Below are positions 21,491 to 30,841 of a DNA stretch of 64,000 nt, piece after piece (position 1 is the first letter of the stretch; each line of letters opens with the position of its first letter). The DNA lies in assembly GCA_003598065.1 (NCBI GenBank), contig QZKR01000084.1, positions 1,365 through 65,364 of the forward strand. The letters are read 5' to 3'. A program made the translations under genes and the position numbers. The stretch is from Myxococcales bacterium (lineage in GTDB: Bacteria; Myxococcota_A; SURF-8). The notes beneath the pieces are model-generated. The model made no database searches. It saw only the letters and a list, made by a program, of their open reading frames with translations, and had not been told where the DNA came from.

Positions 21491-23017
21491 ATGCGGATGC
21501 CGTGGGTTTTTCCGTGGGTGTTGGCGATGGCCGCGTTCCTGGCGATGATGGGGTGCAGCGAAGAAGAAACGTCCCCCCCTCTTGACGGAGACGAGGAATC
21601 TTCTCTTGATGGAGATGAGGAATCCTCATTGGAAGATGAGCAAAGCGAAGACGAGCTTTCCGAAGAAGGCGAGGGGGACGGCGACGGCGACGGCGACGTC
21701 GAAGCGGCGCCGCCGATGCCGGTGGCGCTTTGCGGCATGGAGTCCTACGAGCTTCTGCCGCGCGCCCAGGTCGGCGCGCTGCTCGCCTGGGAGGAATACC
21801 CGCTTTTCGATATGACGCCGGCGACGATCGACAACTTGATGGAGAAGTCTGGCTACACGGCGCTGAGTCCCGTGCCATACGGCGGGAAGGCTTATCGCAT
21901 CCGCTACACCACCCAGGACAAGGGCGAATCGGTGGAGGCGACGGCCGTCGTCGCCGTGCCGGCGAATGCGGAAGGCATTGAGGACAAATCCTTCCCTTAC
22001 GCGTTGTTCCTCCACGGCACGACAGGTTTCTCCGATCCCTGCGCGCCAAGCCGGCGCGACGACGGACCGGCGCAGGGGGTCCTGTTGGCCGCGCTTGGTT
22101 TCATCACCGTTCTGCCCGACTATATCGGGCTTGCCGGTTTCGGCGAACCCTCGACGGCGCATCACGGCTATCTGGTCGGCGAGCAGACGGCGATCGGCTC
22201 GTGGGACGCCTTGCGCGCGGCGGAAGTTTTCTTGAGCGAACAGCTGGCCGACGAGGTTCACGCCAATGGCCAGACGGTGGTCTGGGGCGGCTCGCAGGGC
22301 GGCCACGCGGCGATGGTGACGGAGCTTTACGGGCCTTACTACGCGCCGGAGTACGACGTGAAAGCCGTGGTGTCGCTGATCCCGCCGCTGACCTTGCACC
22401 CGCTTGCCGAGGCCGGGCTGACGACGTTCTCGCCGCCCACGGTCGCTTTTCTGGCGGTGCTGACGACGATGCGCGCCTGGTACGGGGCGCCGGGCAGCAT
22501 GGCCGGCGTGCTTACCAACACGGAACCCTATTTCCTCGCCGAGAACGCCGAAGAATACGTTTTCGTCGAGGAGGAATGCAACGCCGGGGATGATTTGGAG
22601 GCCTCGACGCTGGAAGAGATTTATGCGGCCGAGTTCATTACGGCGGTCCGCGCCGGCGACTGGGAGTCGCTGGAGCCGTGGAACTGCTATCTGTCGGAAA
22701 ACGACCTGACCCTGACGAGCGTCGCGCCGCTGCGGCAGACGCCGACCCTGGCCGTTTTCTCCGAACTCGACGATCTGGTCATCACGGCGCCGCAGCGCGA
22801 GGCTTACGACGCGCTTTGCGAGGCCGGCTATCAGATGGAGTACATCGAATGCACGGCGGCGGGACACAGCGAGGGGGCGGTATGGTCGCTGCCGGAGCAG
22901 CTGGACTGGATCCGCGCCCGGCTGGCGGGCGAGCCGATCGCCACGGAGCGCCTCTGCACGCGCGGCGCGCCCGTTTGCTGCTCGGCCACGCCGGAAGAAA
23001 AATGCGCCGCCGAGTGA
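21491..23017 (+). CDS. Secretory lipase-like alpha/beta hydrolase, lipoprotein
   Basis: Signal peptide ending MMGC; HGTTG, CAPS, PDYIG and GGSQGG nucleophile elbow. Confidence 0.8.
   Translation: MRMPWVFPWVLAMAAFLAMMGCSEEETSPPLDGDEESSLDGDEESSLEDEQSEDELSEEGEGDGDGDGDVEAAPPMPVALCGMESYELLPRAQVGALLAWEEYPLFDMTPATIDNLMEKSGYTALSPVPYGGKAYRIRYTTQDKGESVEATAVVAVPANAEGIEDKSFPYALFLHGTTGFSDPCAPSRRDDGPAQGVLLAALGFITVLPDYIGLAGFGEPSTAHHGYLVGEQTAIGSWDALRAAEVFLSEQLADEVHANGQTVVWGGSQGGHAAMVTELYGPYYAPEYDVKAVVSLIPPLTLHPLAEAGLTTFSPPTVAFLAVLTTMRAWYGAPGSMAGVLTNTEPYFLAENAEEYVFVEEECNAGDDLEASTLEEIYAAEFITAVRAGDWESLEPWNCYLSENDLTLTSVAPLRQTPTLAVFSELDDLVITAPQREAYDALCEAGYQMEYIECTAAGHSEGAVWSLPEQLDWIRARLAGEPIATERLCTRGAPVCCSATPEEKCAAE
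21581..21640 (+). repeat. Short 24-bp coding tandem repeat (LDGDEESS, about 2.5 copies)
   Basis: cttgacggagacgaggaatcttct / cttgatggagatgaggaatcctca / ttggaagatgag. Confidence 0.7.
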
Positions 23018-23021
23018 GGCG

Positions 23022-24053
23022 TTATATCCTTGCCAGCGCCAGAAACGCGGCGTGCAGGCCGACGACGAGCACGAGAAACAACGTCCGCGCCGCGTCGGGC
23101 GAAAGGCCGGGAAAGCGGTAATGAAGCTGCCGGTGGCGGCAGGAAGCGAGGCAATCGCCGCAGAGCGTGCAGGACAATCCCGGCATGCGGCGGCGGATGT
23201 CGTCGAGCGTCAGCGCCTCATAGCGGCAGGCGCGCGTGCAGACGCGGCACTCCGTGCAGCCCTCGCCGATCCGGAGGCGGAAGGGATTCAGCTTGCCTAG
23301 GATGTTCGCGGCCAGCCCTACCGGGCACCACGTCGTGCAGTGAGCCATTGCGCCCGTCCGTCGCGACGCCGTCAGCATGATCCCCACGCCGATCAGGCCG
23401 AAGCCTGCGCCGACCCACGCCGCCGTCGCCGGCGACGCGCCGCCGACGCGCAAGGCCAGCGCCGCCGCAACGACGGCGATGAGAATGGCGAGGCGCGCCT
23501 TCGGCCGCCACTTAGGCAGCGGCTGGGGCGTTTTCCTGGCGCGCGAAGCCGTATCGTCCCATGCGCCGATATAGCAGAGGTGGCTGCACCAGGCCGGGCC
23601 GACGAGGACGATCGTGGAGAGAAACAGCGCAACCATGAAATAGCCGCCGCCACGGTAGATCGGCCCGGCGACGATCAGCGCCGGCACGGGCAGGTGCAGC
23701 TGGCCCGACATCAGAAAGCGCTCGAAACCCAGCAGGCCGAGCAGCAATTGCCCGAAAAAGACGACGGTGAACAAGCGCCAGATGCGCGGCCTGGTCTTGC
23801 GCGCCCCTTCCGGCGTGCGCATGGCGCGCATCACAAATCCGGCGTAAACCGCAATCAGACCGGCTTCGAGCCAGCCCGTTCCCGGCCAGAAACGATCGGC
23901 GATCAGCATCGGCCGGGGCGCGAGGCGCGTCGCCAGAGCAATAAGGGCAAAGGCGAGCAGCGCCGCCGCGATCGGCGGCCAGGCGCCGCCGGCCGGCGCC
24001 ATAGGGCCAGACTCCGAGGGGGGCGCGGTGCGGATTTCCAAGGGATCGGGCAT
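23022..24053 (-). CDS. Membrane 4Fe-4S protein (NapH/ferredoxin-like)
   Basis: Several TMs; WCSHLC and CTTWCP motifs; CTECRVCTRAC and CTLCGDCLASC. Confidence 0.8.
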   Translation of the reverse strand: MPDPLEIRTAPPSESGPMAPAGGAWPPIAAALLAFALIALATRLAPRPMLIADRFWPGTGWLEAGLIAVYAGFVMRAMRTPEGARKTRPRIWRLFTVVFFGQLLLGLLGFERFLMSGQLHLPVPALIVAGPIYRGGGYFMVALFLSTIVLVGPAWCSHLCYIGAWDDTASRARKTPQPLPKWRPKARLAILIAVVAAALALRVGGASPATAAWVGAGFGLIGVGIMLTASRRTGAMAHCTTWCPVGLAANILGKLNPFRLRIGEGCTECRVCTRACRYEALTLDDIRRRMPGLSCTLCGDCLASCRHRQLHYRFPGLSPDAARTLFLVLVVGLHAAFLALARI

Positions 24054-24059
24054 GAGGCG

Positions 24060-25481
24060 TCAGATTGCTTTTTGCATGTTGGTCGGTTCGAGAACGGGCT
24101 GGTAGGCGGGATCGCGCACGGCGAGCTGTCCTTGGCGTGCCGCGTTGATCGCCTCGCCCAGAATGCGCGTCGCTTCCTGCGGGGCGTGGAAGCCCATCGA
24201 ATTCTCCGCTTCGATGAAGTCGAGGAAGAACTGCGCCCGCCGCTGCATCGCTCGCGGCGTGGCGAGCTCCGCGTCGGTTTTGCCGGCGTCGCGCGCCGCC
24301 TTGATGTCGCCGATCAGCGCCGTAAGCGCGTCCATCGCCAGATTGCGGGCGCGGTACGTCGTTTCCTGAATCGATTCGGCGCGCGCCTTCAACTCGTCTT
24401 CGGGAAATTTGTGACACGTCTGGCAGGCGCGGTTGATGTTCAAGAGCGGACTGCGCACATGGTGATCGCTGATCTTGTGCGCGCCGACGCGCAGATAAGG
24501 CATGTGGCAGTCGGCGCAGGCCACGCCCGAGCGGGCGTGCACGCCCTGATTCCACATCTCGAACTCGGGATGCTGCGCCTTCAGCGCGCGCGCGCCCGTT
24601 TCGGCGTGGCTCCAGTCGGCGTGATCGACCTCGTCGTAATGGGCGAGGATCTGTTCGACCTTCAACCCCTTGAGCCAGGGGTAGGTCAGCCGTTTCTCCT
24701 TGCCTTTGAAATAATACTCAACGTGGCACTGGCCGCAGACGTAGGCGCGCATTTCCTGGCGTGTCGCCATTTTGTTCACATCGTAGTCGGCGACGCCCTG
24801 CGAGGCCTTGTAGGCGCGGATGCCTTCGAGGAAGCCGGGGCGGGTGATCCGCAAGGCCATCGTTTGCGAGTCGTGGCAGTCGATGCAGGCGACGGGGTGC
24901 TTGAAGTCTTTTTTCGCTTCGGCGTAAGGCATCTGATTGTAGTGTTCGAAGCCTTTGATGAGATCGCCGCCGCCGGCTTTTTTATAGGGCACGTAGACCG
25001 AGGCGTGGCAATGGATGCACGTCCCGGGCTGCGCCGCGGCTTTCTGGCGCTCGGTGAAAAGCTGGTCTTCCAGCATGTAGGCGTGGCCGCGCTCCTCGCG
25101 GAAATCGACGGCGAAGGCGTAGCCGGCCCACATCGTCTTCAGCCGCGGATCCTCTTCGAGGCGCGACTGGGACACCACCGAGCGCGGGTCGGCCTCGTCC
25201 GGGGTGCGCGGCAGCGCCTCGGAGCCGCCGAAGCGCGTCCGCACCTGATCGGTCGTGCGCATGTAAAGATCGTACTGGAGCGGGAAATTTTTTCCCCAGA
25301 CGGCCGGATCTTCCGTGTCGTCCGTGAGATCGACGACGCGGAAGAAGGGGTTCTTCGCTTCTTCCTTGTGCTGCACGACGTCGGCCAGGAGCCAGGCCAC
25401 GCCGATGCCGATCAACAGGCTCGCCAGCGCGACGATCGCCGCGAGCGTCCAGATCCCGGAGCGAGAGGATTGAGCCGTCAT
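24060..25481 (-). CDS. nrfA: Cytochrome c nitrite reductase catalytic subunit (ammonia-forming)
   Basis: Five heme motifs (CIHCH, CIDCH, CGQCH, CADCH, CQTCH); WAGYAF, RGH, VEYYF, KAQHPEFE and ENSMGFHAP. Confidence 0.93.
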   Translation of the reverse strand: MTAQSSRSGIWTLAAIVALASLLIGIGVAWLLADVVQHKEEAKNPFFRVVDLTDDTEDPAVWGKNFPLQYDLYMRTTDQVRTRFGGSEALPRTPDEADPRSVVSQSRLEEDPRLKTMWAGYAFAVDFREERGHAYMLEDQLFTERQKAAAQPGTCIHCHASVYVPYKKAGGGDLIKGFEHYNQMPYAEAKKDFKHPVACIDCHDSQTMALRITRPGFLEGIRAYKASQGVADYDVNKMATRQEMRAYVCGQCHVEYYFKGKEKRLTYPWLKGLKVEQILAHYDEVDHADWSHAETGARALKAQHPEFEMWNQGVHARSGVACADCHMPYLRVGAHKISDHHVRSPLLNINRACQTCHKFPEDELKARAESIQETTYRARNLAMDALTALIGDIKAARDAGKTDAELATPRAMQRRAQFFLDFIEAENSMGFHAPQEATRILGEAINAARQGQLAVRDPAYQPVLEPTNMQKAI

Positions 25482-25498
25482 CGTCTTCTCCTTCCCGT

Positions 25499-25951
25499 CT
25501 AAAATTCCGTGGGGTGGCCCACGGAGGAATGGCAGCGTATGCAGGAAAGCGCCGCGCCGCCGTGCGGGCCGTCCACCGCGTCCACCATGTCGGCATGGCA
25601 GCGGCGGCAGGCGGCCTCGGCGATTTCGCGGTTTACGGCGCGGGCCCGCAGGGTGTCGGCGAAGCGACCGGTGGTGAAGGCCCAGGAATGCCAGAAGCCG
25701 TTGGACGCCTTGGTGGCGTACTTGCCGATGAAGTCGTGCGGGGCGTGGCAGTCGTTGCAGACGGCCGCGGCGTGGTGCGTGGATTTGATCCAGCCGTCGT
25801 AATAGTCGTTCATCGGGTGGCAGTTGACGCAGGCCGAAGGGTCGTTGGTCAGATAGGAATAGCCTTTGGCGTAGACGAAGGTATACAGGCCCACGCCCGC
25901 CGCCAGGCCGGTGAAAAGGATCGCCGCGAGGATCGCCGTTCGCGCCGTCAT
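25499..25951 (-). CDS. nrfH: Cytochrome c nitrite reductase small subunit
   Basis: N-terminal TM, SYLTNDPSACVNCH, four CXXCH motifs; directly upstream of nrfA. Confidence 0.92.
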   Translation of the reverse strand: MTARTAILAAILFTGLAAGVGLYTFVYAKGYSYLTNDPSACVNCHPMNDYYDGWIKSTHHAAAVCNDCHAPHDFIGKYATKASNGFWHSWAFTTGRFADTLRARAVNREIAEAACRRCHADMVDAVDGPHGGAALSCIRCHSSVGHPTEF

Positions 25952-26197
25952 TGGCCGCCTCGCTTGCGCCCGCCCCCGGCGCTCGCCGGATGCAGCAAGA
26001 GATCTTTGAGCGTCATCCGCGCCAGCTCCTTTCGCGACGACGTAATTGCCCGGGCGAAACAAATCTGTTGTGTGACCTCCCAAACAGTATTCGGATTTTG
26101 AATCTATTTAGGCGAAGCTTGTCAAGGGTTTTTGGACAGCGCCCGTCTGTTTTGCCGAAGCGCGATTCGTGGTATCGTCACCGCGAAAGGCGCGAGG

Positions 26198-26980
26198 ATG
26201 ACGGACCGTTCGGACATCGCCGCCGTACTGGATGGCGTAGACAAGCGCTTTCCCAAGGCGGCTTCCTTCAGCCGGCTGCTCAAGTCCTGGCGGCGGGAGC
26301 AACTCCGCGTGCTGGACGGCGCGAGCCTCGCCGTCCATCGCGGCGAGATCGTCGCCTTGACGGGCGCGAACGGCGCGGGCAAGAGCACGATCATGCGGCT
26401 TTTCTGCGGCCTCTTGGTCCCCGACGCCGGCGTCGTGCGCGTCTTCGGCCTGAATCCCGCCGACGAGGCCGTGCGCCGCCGGCTCGACATCGGCGTCGTG
26501 CTGCCGAACGATCGTTCCTTCTTCTGGCGCTTGACGCTGCGGCGCAACCTCGAATTCTTCGGCGCGCTCCAGGATCTTCCGCCGCACGAGGCGGCCTTGA
26601 GCGCCGAAAGCTGCGCGAAACGGGTCGGCGTGGACGCCGCGCTCGATCGCCCCTTCCGCGAATTGTCCGACGGCATGAAGCAGCGCGCCGCCGTCGCCCG
26701 CGCGCTTTTGAACCGGCCGCGCCTGCTTTTGGTCGATGAAGCGACGCGCAGCCTCGATGCCGGCGGCGCGGAGCGCGTCCGGACGCTGATCACGGAACTG
26801 GCGCGCTATAACGGCGTGGCGGTGCTTCTGGCCAGCCACAACCTCGACGAGGTCGCCGCGCTCGCCGACCGCGTGCTCTATCTGGAGGATGGGCGCGTCC
26901 GGATCGACGGCCTTCCGGCGGCGGTCGGATCGGAAATCCTCGCGCGTCTGCAGGCGAGGGAAGCGGAGGCGACGCGATGA
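26198..26980 (+). CDS. ABC exporter ATP-binding protein
   Basis: GANGAGKS, LSDGMKQR, LLVDE and SHNL. Confidence 0.9.
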   Translation: MTDRSDIAAVLDGVDKRFPKAASFSRLLKSWRREQLRVLDGASLAVHRGEIVALTGANGAGKSTIMRLFCGLLVPDAGVVRVFGLNPADEAVRRRLDIGVVLPNDRSFFWRLTLRRNLEFFGALQDLPPHEAALSAESCAKRVGVDAALDRPFRELSDGMKQRAAVARALLNRPRLLLVDEATRSLDAGGAERVRTLITELARYNGVAVLLASHNLDEVAALADRVLYLEDGRVRIDGLPAAVGSEILARLQAREAEATR

Positions 26981-27807
26981 CCTCGTTGTTCGCCGCCCGT
27001 TTCTGGCGCAAGGCCTGGGCCTTCGTGGTCCGCGATTTCCTGGACGAAGCGTCCTACAAGCTCTACTTTTTCCTCACGCTCTGGGGCGTGGTGTTTGCGG
27101 TGCTCGTCTTTTTCTTCCTCTCGCGCGTCATCCCCGAACAGGGCGCGGCGGCGCTCGCCCCTTACGGCGGCCGCTACTTCCCTTTCGTGCTGGTCGGCTT
27201 CGCGATGGCCCATTACCTGGAACTCGCCATGCACGGCCTGGGCCGGAGAATTCGCGAGGGACAGCTTTTGGGCACGCTGGAGGCGCTGTTCGTCACCAGA
27301 ACGCCGGCGTGGCAGATTCTCTTCTTTCTGGTGCTCTATCCGTTTCTCTTCACGTCGCTGATGGTAATGCTTTACCTGGCGCTGGGCTGGGCTTTTTTCG
27401 GCGTCGATCTCTCGCATGCCGCCTGGGGCTCGGCGCTGGCGTTCTTTCTGTTGACGGGCTTGTCGCTCGCGCCCTTGGGCATTCTCTCGGCGGCCCTGAT
27501 CCTGCTGGTCAAGCGCGGCGATCCGGTGTCCTTCGCCGTCACCGGCTTGTCCTATCTGCTTTCCGGCGTGTTCTATCCGGTGGAGGTGATGCCGGGCTGG
27601 CTGCAGACGGCGGCGCAGTTCTTCCCTCTGACTCACTCCCTGGAGGGTCTGCGACGCTCCCTCTTGGCGGGCGCGCCGCTCTGGGAGGATCCTTTCGGCC
27701 TCGCCGTGCTGCTGTTCTTCGCGGCGGGGCTTTTACCGTTTTCGCTGTGGGTTTTCGGCCGGGCGCTGGCCTATGCCCGCCGCACCGGCGGGCTGCACCA
27801 TTATTGA
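26977..27807 (+). CDS. ABC-2 type permease
   Basis: About six TMs, GTLE and LSGVFYPVEVMPGWL; ATGA overlap with the ATPase. Confidence 0.88.
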   Translation: MTSLFAARFWRKAWAFVVRDFLDEASYKLYFFLTLWGVVFAVLVFFFLSRVIPEQGAAALAPYGGRYFPFVLVGFAMAHYLELAMHGLGRRIREGQLLGTLEALFVTRTPAWQILFFLVLYPFLFTSLMVMLYLALGWAFFGVDLSHAAWGSALAFFLLTGLSLAPLGILSAALILLVKRGDPVSFAVTGLSYLLSGVFYPVEVMPGWLQTAAQFFPLTHSLEGLRRSLLAGAPLWEDPFGLAVLLFFAAGLLPFSLWVFGRALAYARRTGGLHHY

Positions 27808-27858
27808 GTATTGAGCGCCCGCCTCGCGGCGGGCTGCGATTCCCGCCTGGGGCAGACG

Positions 27859-28326
27859 CTACGTCAGAAGGGATCTCACCCGCATCCAGAGACCCCGCCC
27901 GAGCGTTTCGTCGGCCGTCCGCAGGACGCGGCGGATCACGACCAACACGTCTTCGCCGCCCGCCCAGCGCCGCCGCACGAGTTCCGGATCGATGCCGTTG
28001 ACGAGACCATTCAATACGTAAGCCGCCAGCGCCGCGTCGTCCAGGAAACCGGCCGGGCCGGTCAGCAGTTCCGGCAGCAGGTCGAGCGGCGAGACGAAAT
28101 AAGCGATCGCCGCCCAGAGCCTGGTCTTCGCGAGCGGCGAGACGTTGCTGTCCCAGGCCAAGCGGATCAGCAGGTGAAACAGGTCGGGGGCGGCCAGCAC
28201 GGCGTCAACCCATGCCGGGGCTTTGCCGTGTTTCGTTTCGGCCCAGGCGCGCACGCGAACCCGCAGGCGCCGATAGAAATCGCTTTCATCCGCATGGCGG
28301 TTTTCGACGCACACTAAATCATCCAT
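27859..28326 (-). CDS. DUF1232/YkvA family protein
   Basis: AIAYFVSPLDLLPE...GFLDD. Confidence 0.85.
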   Translation of the reverse strand: MDDLVCVENRHADESDFYRRLRVRVRAWAETKHGKAPAWVDAVLAAPDLFHLLIRLAWDSNVSPLAKTRLWAAIAYFVSPLDLLPELLTGPAGFLDDAALAAYVLNGLVNGIDPELVRRRWAGGEDVLVVIRRVLRTADETLGRGLWMRVRSLLT

Positions 28327-28395
28327 CTCAACCTCACAGCCTTGCGGCGAGCCGTCACTCTTCGGTCAGTCTCTCGCCGTCTCGCTCGCAGGAAA

Positions 28396-28755
28396 TCACT
28401 CTTCCTCGACGAATTCACCCGCCTCCGGTGAGATCTCGCCGTCCTGCATGGCCTGGCGGATCAATTCGGCGGCCTGTTCGGCTTCGCGCCTGCGCACCAC
28501 GAGCCGCACCTCGCCGTAAACGCCGCCGCCCGTCGGAAAGGACGTGCTGCCCATCTCGCGCAAGTTGCAGACGAGTTTCTCCACCGTCAGCATCGCCTTG
28601 AGTCGTTCGGCGTCCAGGCGGGTCGCACAGGCGTAAAGCTCGACGAAGTCTTCCTCGTCGGGGGGCATCGGGCCATCGACCAATCGCCTGCCGCAATCGG
28701 CGCAATGGTCAACCGCTTCGCGGTACTCCATCCGGCACTTCGGGCAATAGGGCAT
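28396..28755 (-). CDS. Zinc-ribbon plus DUF2007-like protein
   Basis: CPKCRMEYRE..CADCG followed by a small alpha/beta domain; AAGGGG RBS. Confidence 0.75.
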   Translation of the reverse strand: MPYCPKCRMEYREAVDHCADCGRRLVDGPMPPDEEDFVELYACATRLDAERLKAMLTVEKLVCNLREMGSTSFPTGGGVYGEVRLVVRRREAEQAAELIRQAMQDGEISPEAGEFVEEE

Positions 28756-29056
28756 GCGGTATCCCCTTTCTTGACCTAGCCCGAAGCGTCCTGCGCTTCG
28801 CCGACTGGCCTCAGCCTATTATAAAGGCCCGCCGCCGCCGGCGTCCACTGCTTACGGCAGTTTCTGAAAAACGGCGGTTCGCTCCAGCATGGGCTATTTT
28901 TTATCCATAAAGTCTCGGGAAAATGAAACGGCCCGATCGATTTTGTTTATAACTTTTTCTTATTAGTTAACACGAGCGTTATCTCGCTGCTGCTCTGGTG
29001 GGATGTTCTAACATATGTCAGGGCTTGAAAAATTCCCCCTGAAGGGCTCCAAGGTT

Positions 29057-29100
29057 TTGACACGACGCGACATAGCAAATAAGAATGAGTGCTCATTCAT
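29057..29100 (+). promoter_or_regulatory. Candidate promoter with TetR/FadR-type operator
   Basis: TTGACA at 29057; perfect inverted repeat GAATGAG-TG-CTCATTC at 29083-29098 over the -10/start region. Confidence 0.55.
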
Positions 29101-29160
29101 GACCTCAATTAACTGTAATAATTCCTTTATCTAATTAACGCAGTGCATCTAGAATAAACC

Positions 29161-29189
29161 TTGACAACAAAGCGGCGCTCTGCTACCTT
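29161..29189 (+). promoter_or_regulatory. Candidate sigma70 promoter of MFS gene
   Basis: TTGACA-17bp-TACCTT with extended -10 TG. Confidence 0.6.
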
Positions 29190-29471
29190 GCCCCCGACTT
29201 CCCCCTCCTTGGCGAAGGAGTCGAGGAGCCGCCGCACCAAGTTCCCGCCGTTCATTCTCATCGCGGCTCCCCGGGGGATTTTAATCCCCCGCAGGCCGAA
29301 TCGCGTATCGCTGGATATCGCGAAAAGTTATCAAACGCTTCTCCTCGGACCACGCCATGCGCCGGCTGTGCAGGTGCATGCCGCGTGGCTGAAAGTCGGA
29401 TAAGCCCTTTCGAGTGGATTGCAGGAAGTTCATCGCGTCGCGAGATCAATCGGAGACGGAAAGGAGAGATC

Positions 29472-30749
29472 ATGAGCCAGACGATTTCGGAAACGATCGC
29501 CCCTGCCGAGACCAGGAGCGTCAATATGGGGTGGATTGTCACCTTCGCCGGCACGGGCATCAACCTCGCGCTGGGCATTCTCTATACGTGGAGCGTCATC
29601 AAGGGGAAGATTCCCGAAGCGTGGGGCTGGAGCGAAGCGCAGAAGTCGGACCCCTACGCCATCGCCTGCTTCGTTTTCGCCATCGCCATGGTTGTGGCGG
29701 GCCGCCTGCAGGACAAGCTCGGCCCGCGCATCGTGGCCACGATCGGCGGCGCCGCCGTGGCTTTGGGCTGCATCATCGCCGGGCTCGCCGGAAGTTCCTA
29801 CGCCGGTTTCGTCGTGGGCTTCGGCGTGCTGACCGGCGCCGGCATCGGCTTCGGTTACGCCAGCGCCACGCCGCCGGCCGTCAAGTGGTTCCCGCCCGCC
29901 AAAACCGGCCTTATCGCCGGCCTCGTGGTGGCCGGCTTCGGACTGGCCAGCGTTTACATCTCGCCCTTGGCCACCTGGCTGCTCAACACCTACGGCGTGT
30001 CCAACACGATGATCATCTTCGGCGCGGCCTTCCTCGTCGTGGTTTGCGGGCTCGCTCAGCTGCTCAAGAATCCACCCGCCGGCTACAAGCCGCAAGCGCC
30101 GGCTTCCGCCGCCAAGGCGGCCGCGCTCAAGCCCGCCATCGGCGACAAAACCTGGCGCGACATGCTGGCGTCCCCCAATTTCTGGGTGCTGTGGCTCATG
30201 TTCTTCTTCGGCTCGGCCGTCGGCCTGACGGTCATCGGCTCGGCTCAGGGCATCGCCAAGCAATCGCTGGGCGATGCGGCCTTCTGGGCCGTGGCGGTGC
30301 TGGCCGTCGGCAACGCCGGCGGGCGCATCGCGGCCGGCGTGGTCAGCGACCGCATCGGCCGCCAGTGGACGATGTTCCTCTCCTATGTCGTGCAGTGCGT
30401 GATGGTCATGATTCCGTTCTTCTTCGCCGAAAGCGTGGTCGCGCTGCTGTTCGCCGTGCTGATGATCGGCGCCTGCTACGGGGCGAACCTGTCGTTGTTC
30501 CCCTCGGCCACCAAGGATTACTTCGGGCTGAAGAACTTCGGCTTGAACTACGGCGTGATGTTCTCGGCCTGGGGCGTGGCGGGGCTGACCCTGCCGCGCG
30601 TCGATGGCATGATCAAGGACGCCGTTTTCGCGGCCACGGGCGCCAAGCCCATGTACGCCGAAACGACGATGTACATCACGATCTCGCTCATGGTCGTCGC
30701 CGCCGTCCTGACTTTCGTGAGCCGGGCGATCGTCAGCAAGTCGAAATAA
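29472..30749 (+). CDS. OFA family MFS transporter (oxalate/formate or monocarboxylate)
   Basis: About 12 TMs; LGILYTWSV, GRLQDKLGPR, VKWFP and DYFGLKNFGLNYG; AAGGAG RBS. Confidence 0.9.
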   Translation: MSQTISETIAPAETRSVNMGWIVTFAGTGINLALGILYTWSVIKGKIPEAWGWSEAQKSDPYAIACFVFAIAMVVAGRLQDKLGPRIVATIGGAAVALGCIIAGLAGSSYAGFVVGFGVLTGAGIGFGYASATPPAVKWFPPAKTGLIAGLVVAGFGLASVYISPLATWLLNTYGVSNTMIIFGAAFLVVVCGLAQLLKNPPAGYKPQAPASAAKAAALKPAIGDKTWRDMLASPNFWVLWLMFFFGSAVGLTVIGSAQGIAKQSLGDAAFWAVAVLAVGNAGGRIAAGVVSDRIGRQWTMFLSYVVQCVMVMIPFFFAESVVALLFAVLMIGACYGANLSLFPSATKDYFGLKNFGLNYGVMFSAWGVAGLTLPRVDGMIKDAVFAATGAKPMYAETTMYITISLMVVAAVLTFVSRAIVSKSK

Positions 30750-30777
30750 CTCCGGAGAAATTTCTCCCCAGTGGATC

Positions 30778-30820
30778 GGGGGAGGGTGAAGTCGGGAAAC
30801 CGATGGATCCCTCCCTTTTT
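30778..30820 (+). terminator. Probable intrinsic terminator
   Basis: GGGAGGG...CCCTCCC stem followed by TTTTT between convergent genes. Confidence 0.5.
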
Positions 30821-30841
30821 ATTTGGCGCGGAAATAGTGCT

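Noticed and set aside
26071-26086. CRP/FNR/HcpR-like site TGTGA-N6-AAACA upstream of nrfH
   Set aside because: Only one half-site matches well; too weak to call.
26198-27807. ABC exporter as part of a RiPP/bacteriocin cluster
   Set aside because: No precursor peptide or modifying enzyme is nearby.
28760-29160. AT-rich gap as a tRNA, IS end or replication origin
   Set aside because: No cloverleaf, terminal inverted repeats or DnaA-box cluster were seen; promoter and operator content explains it.
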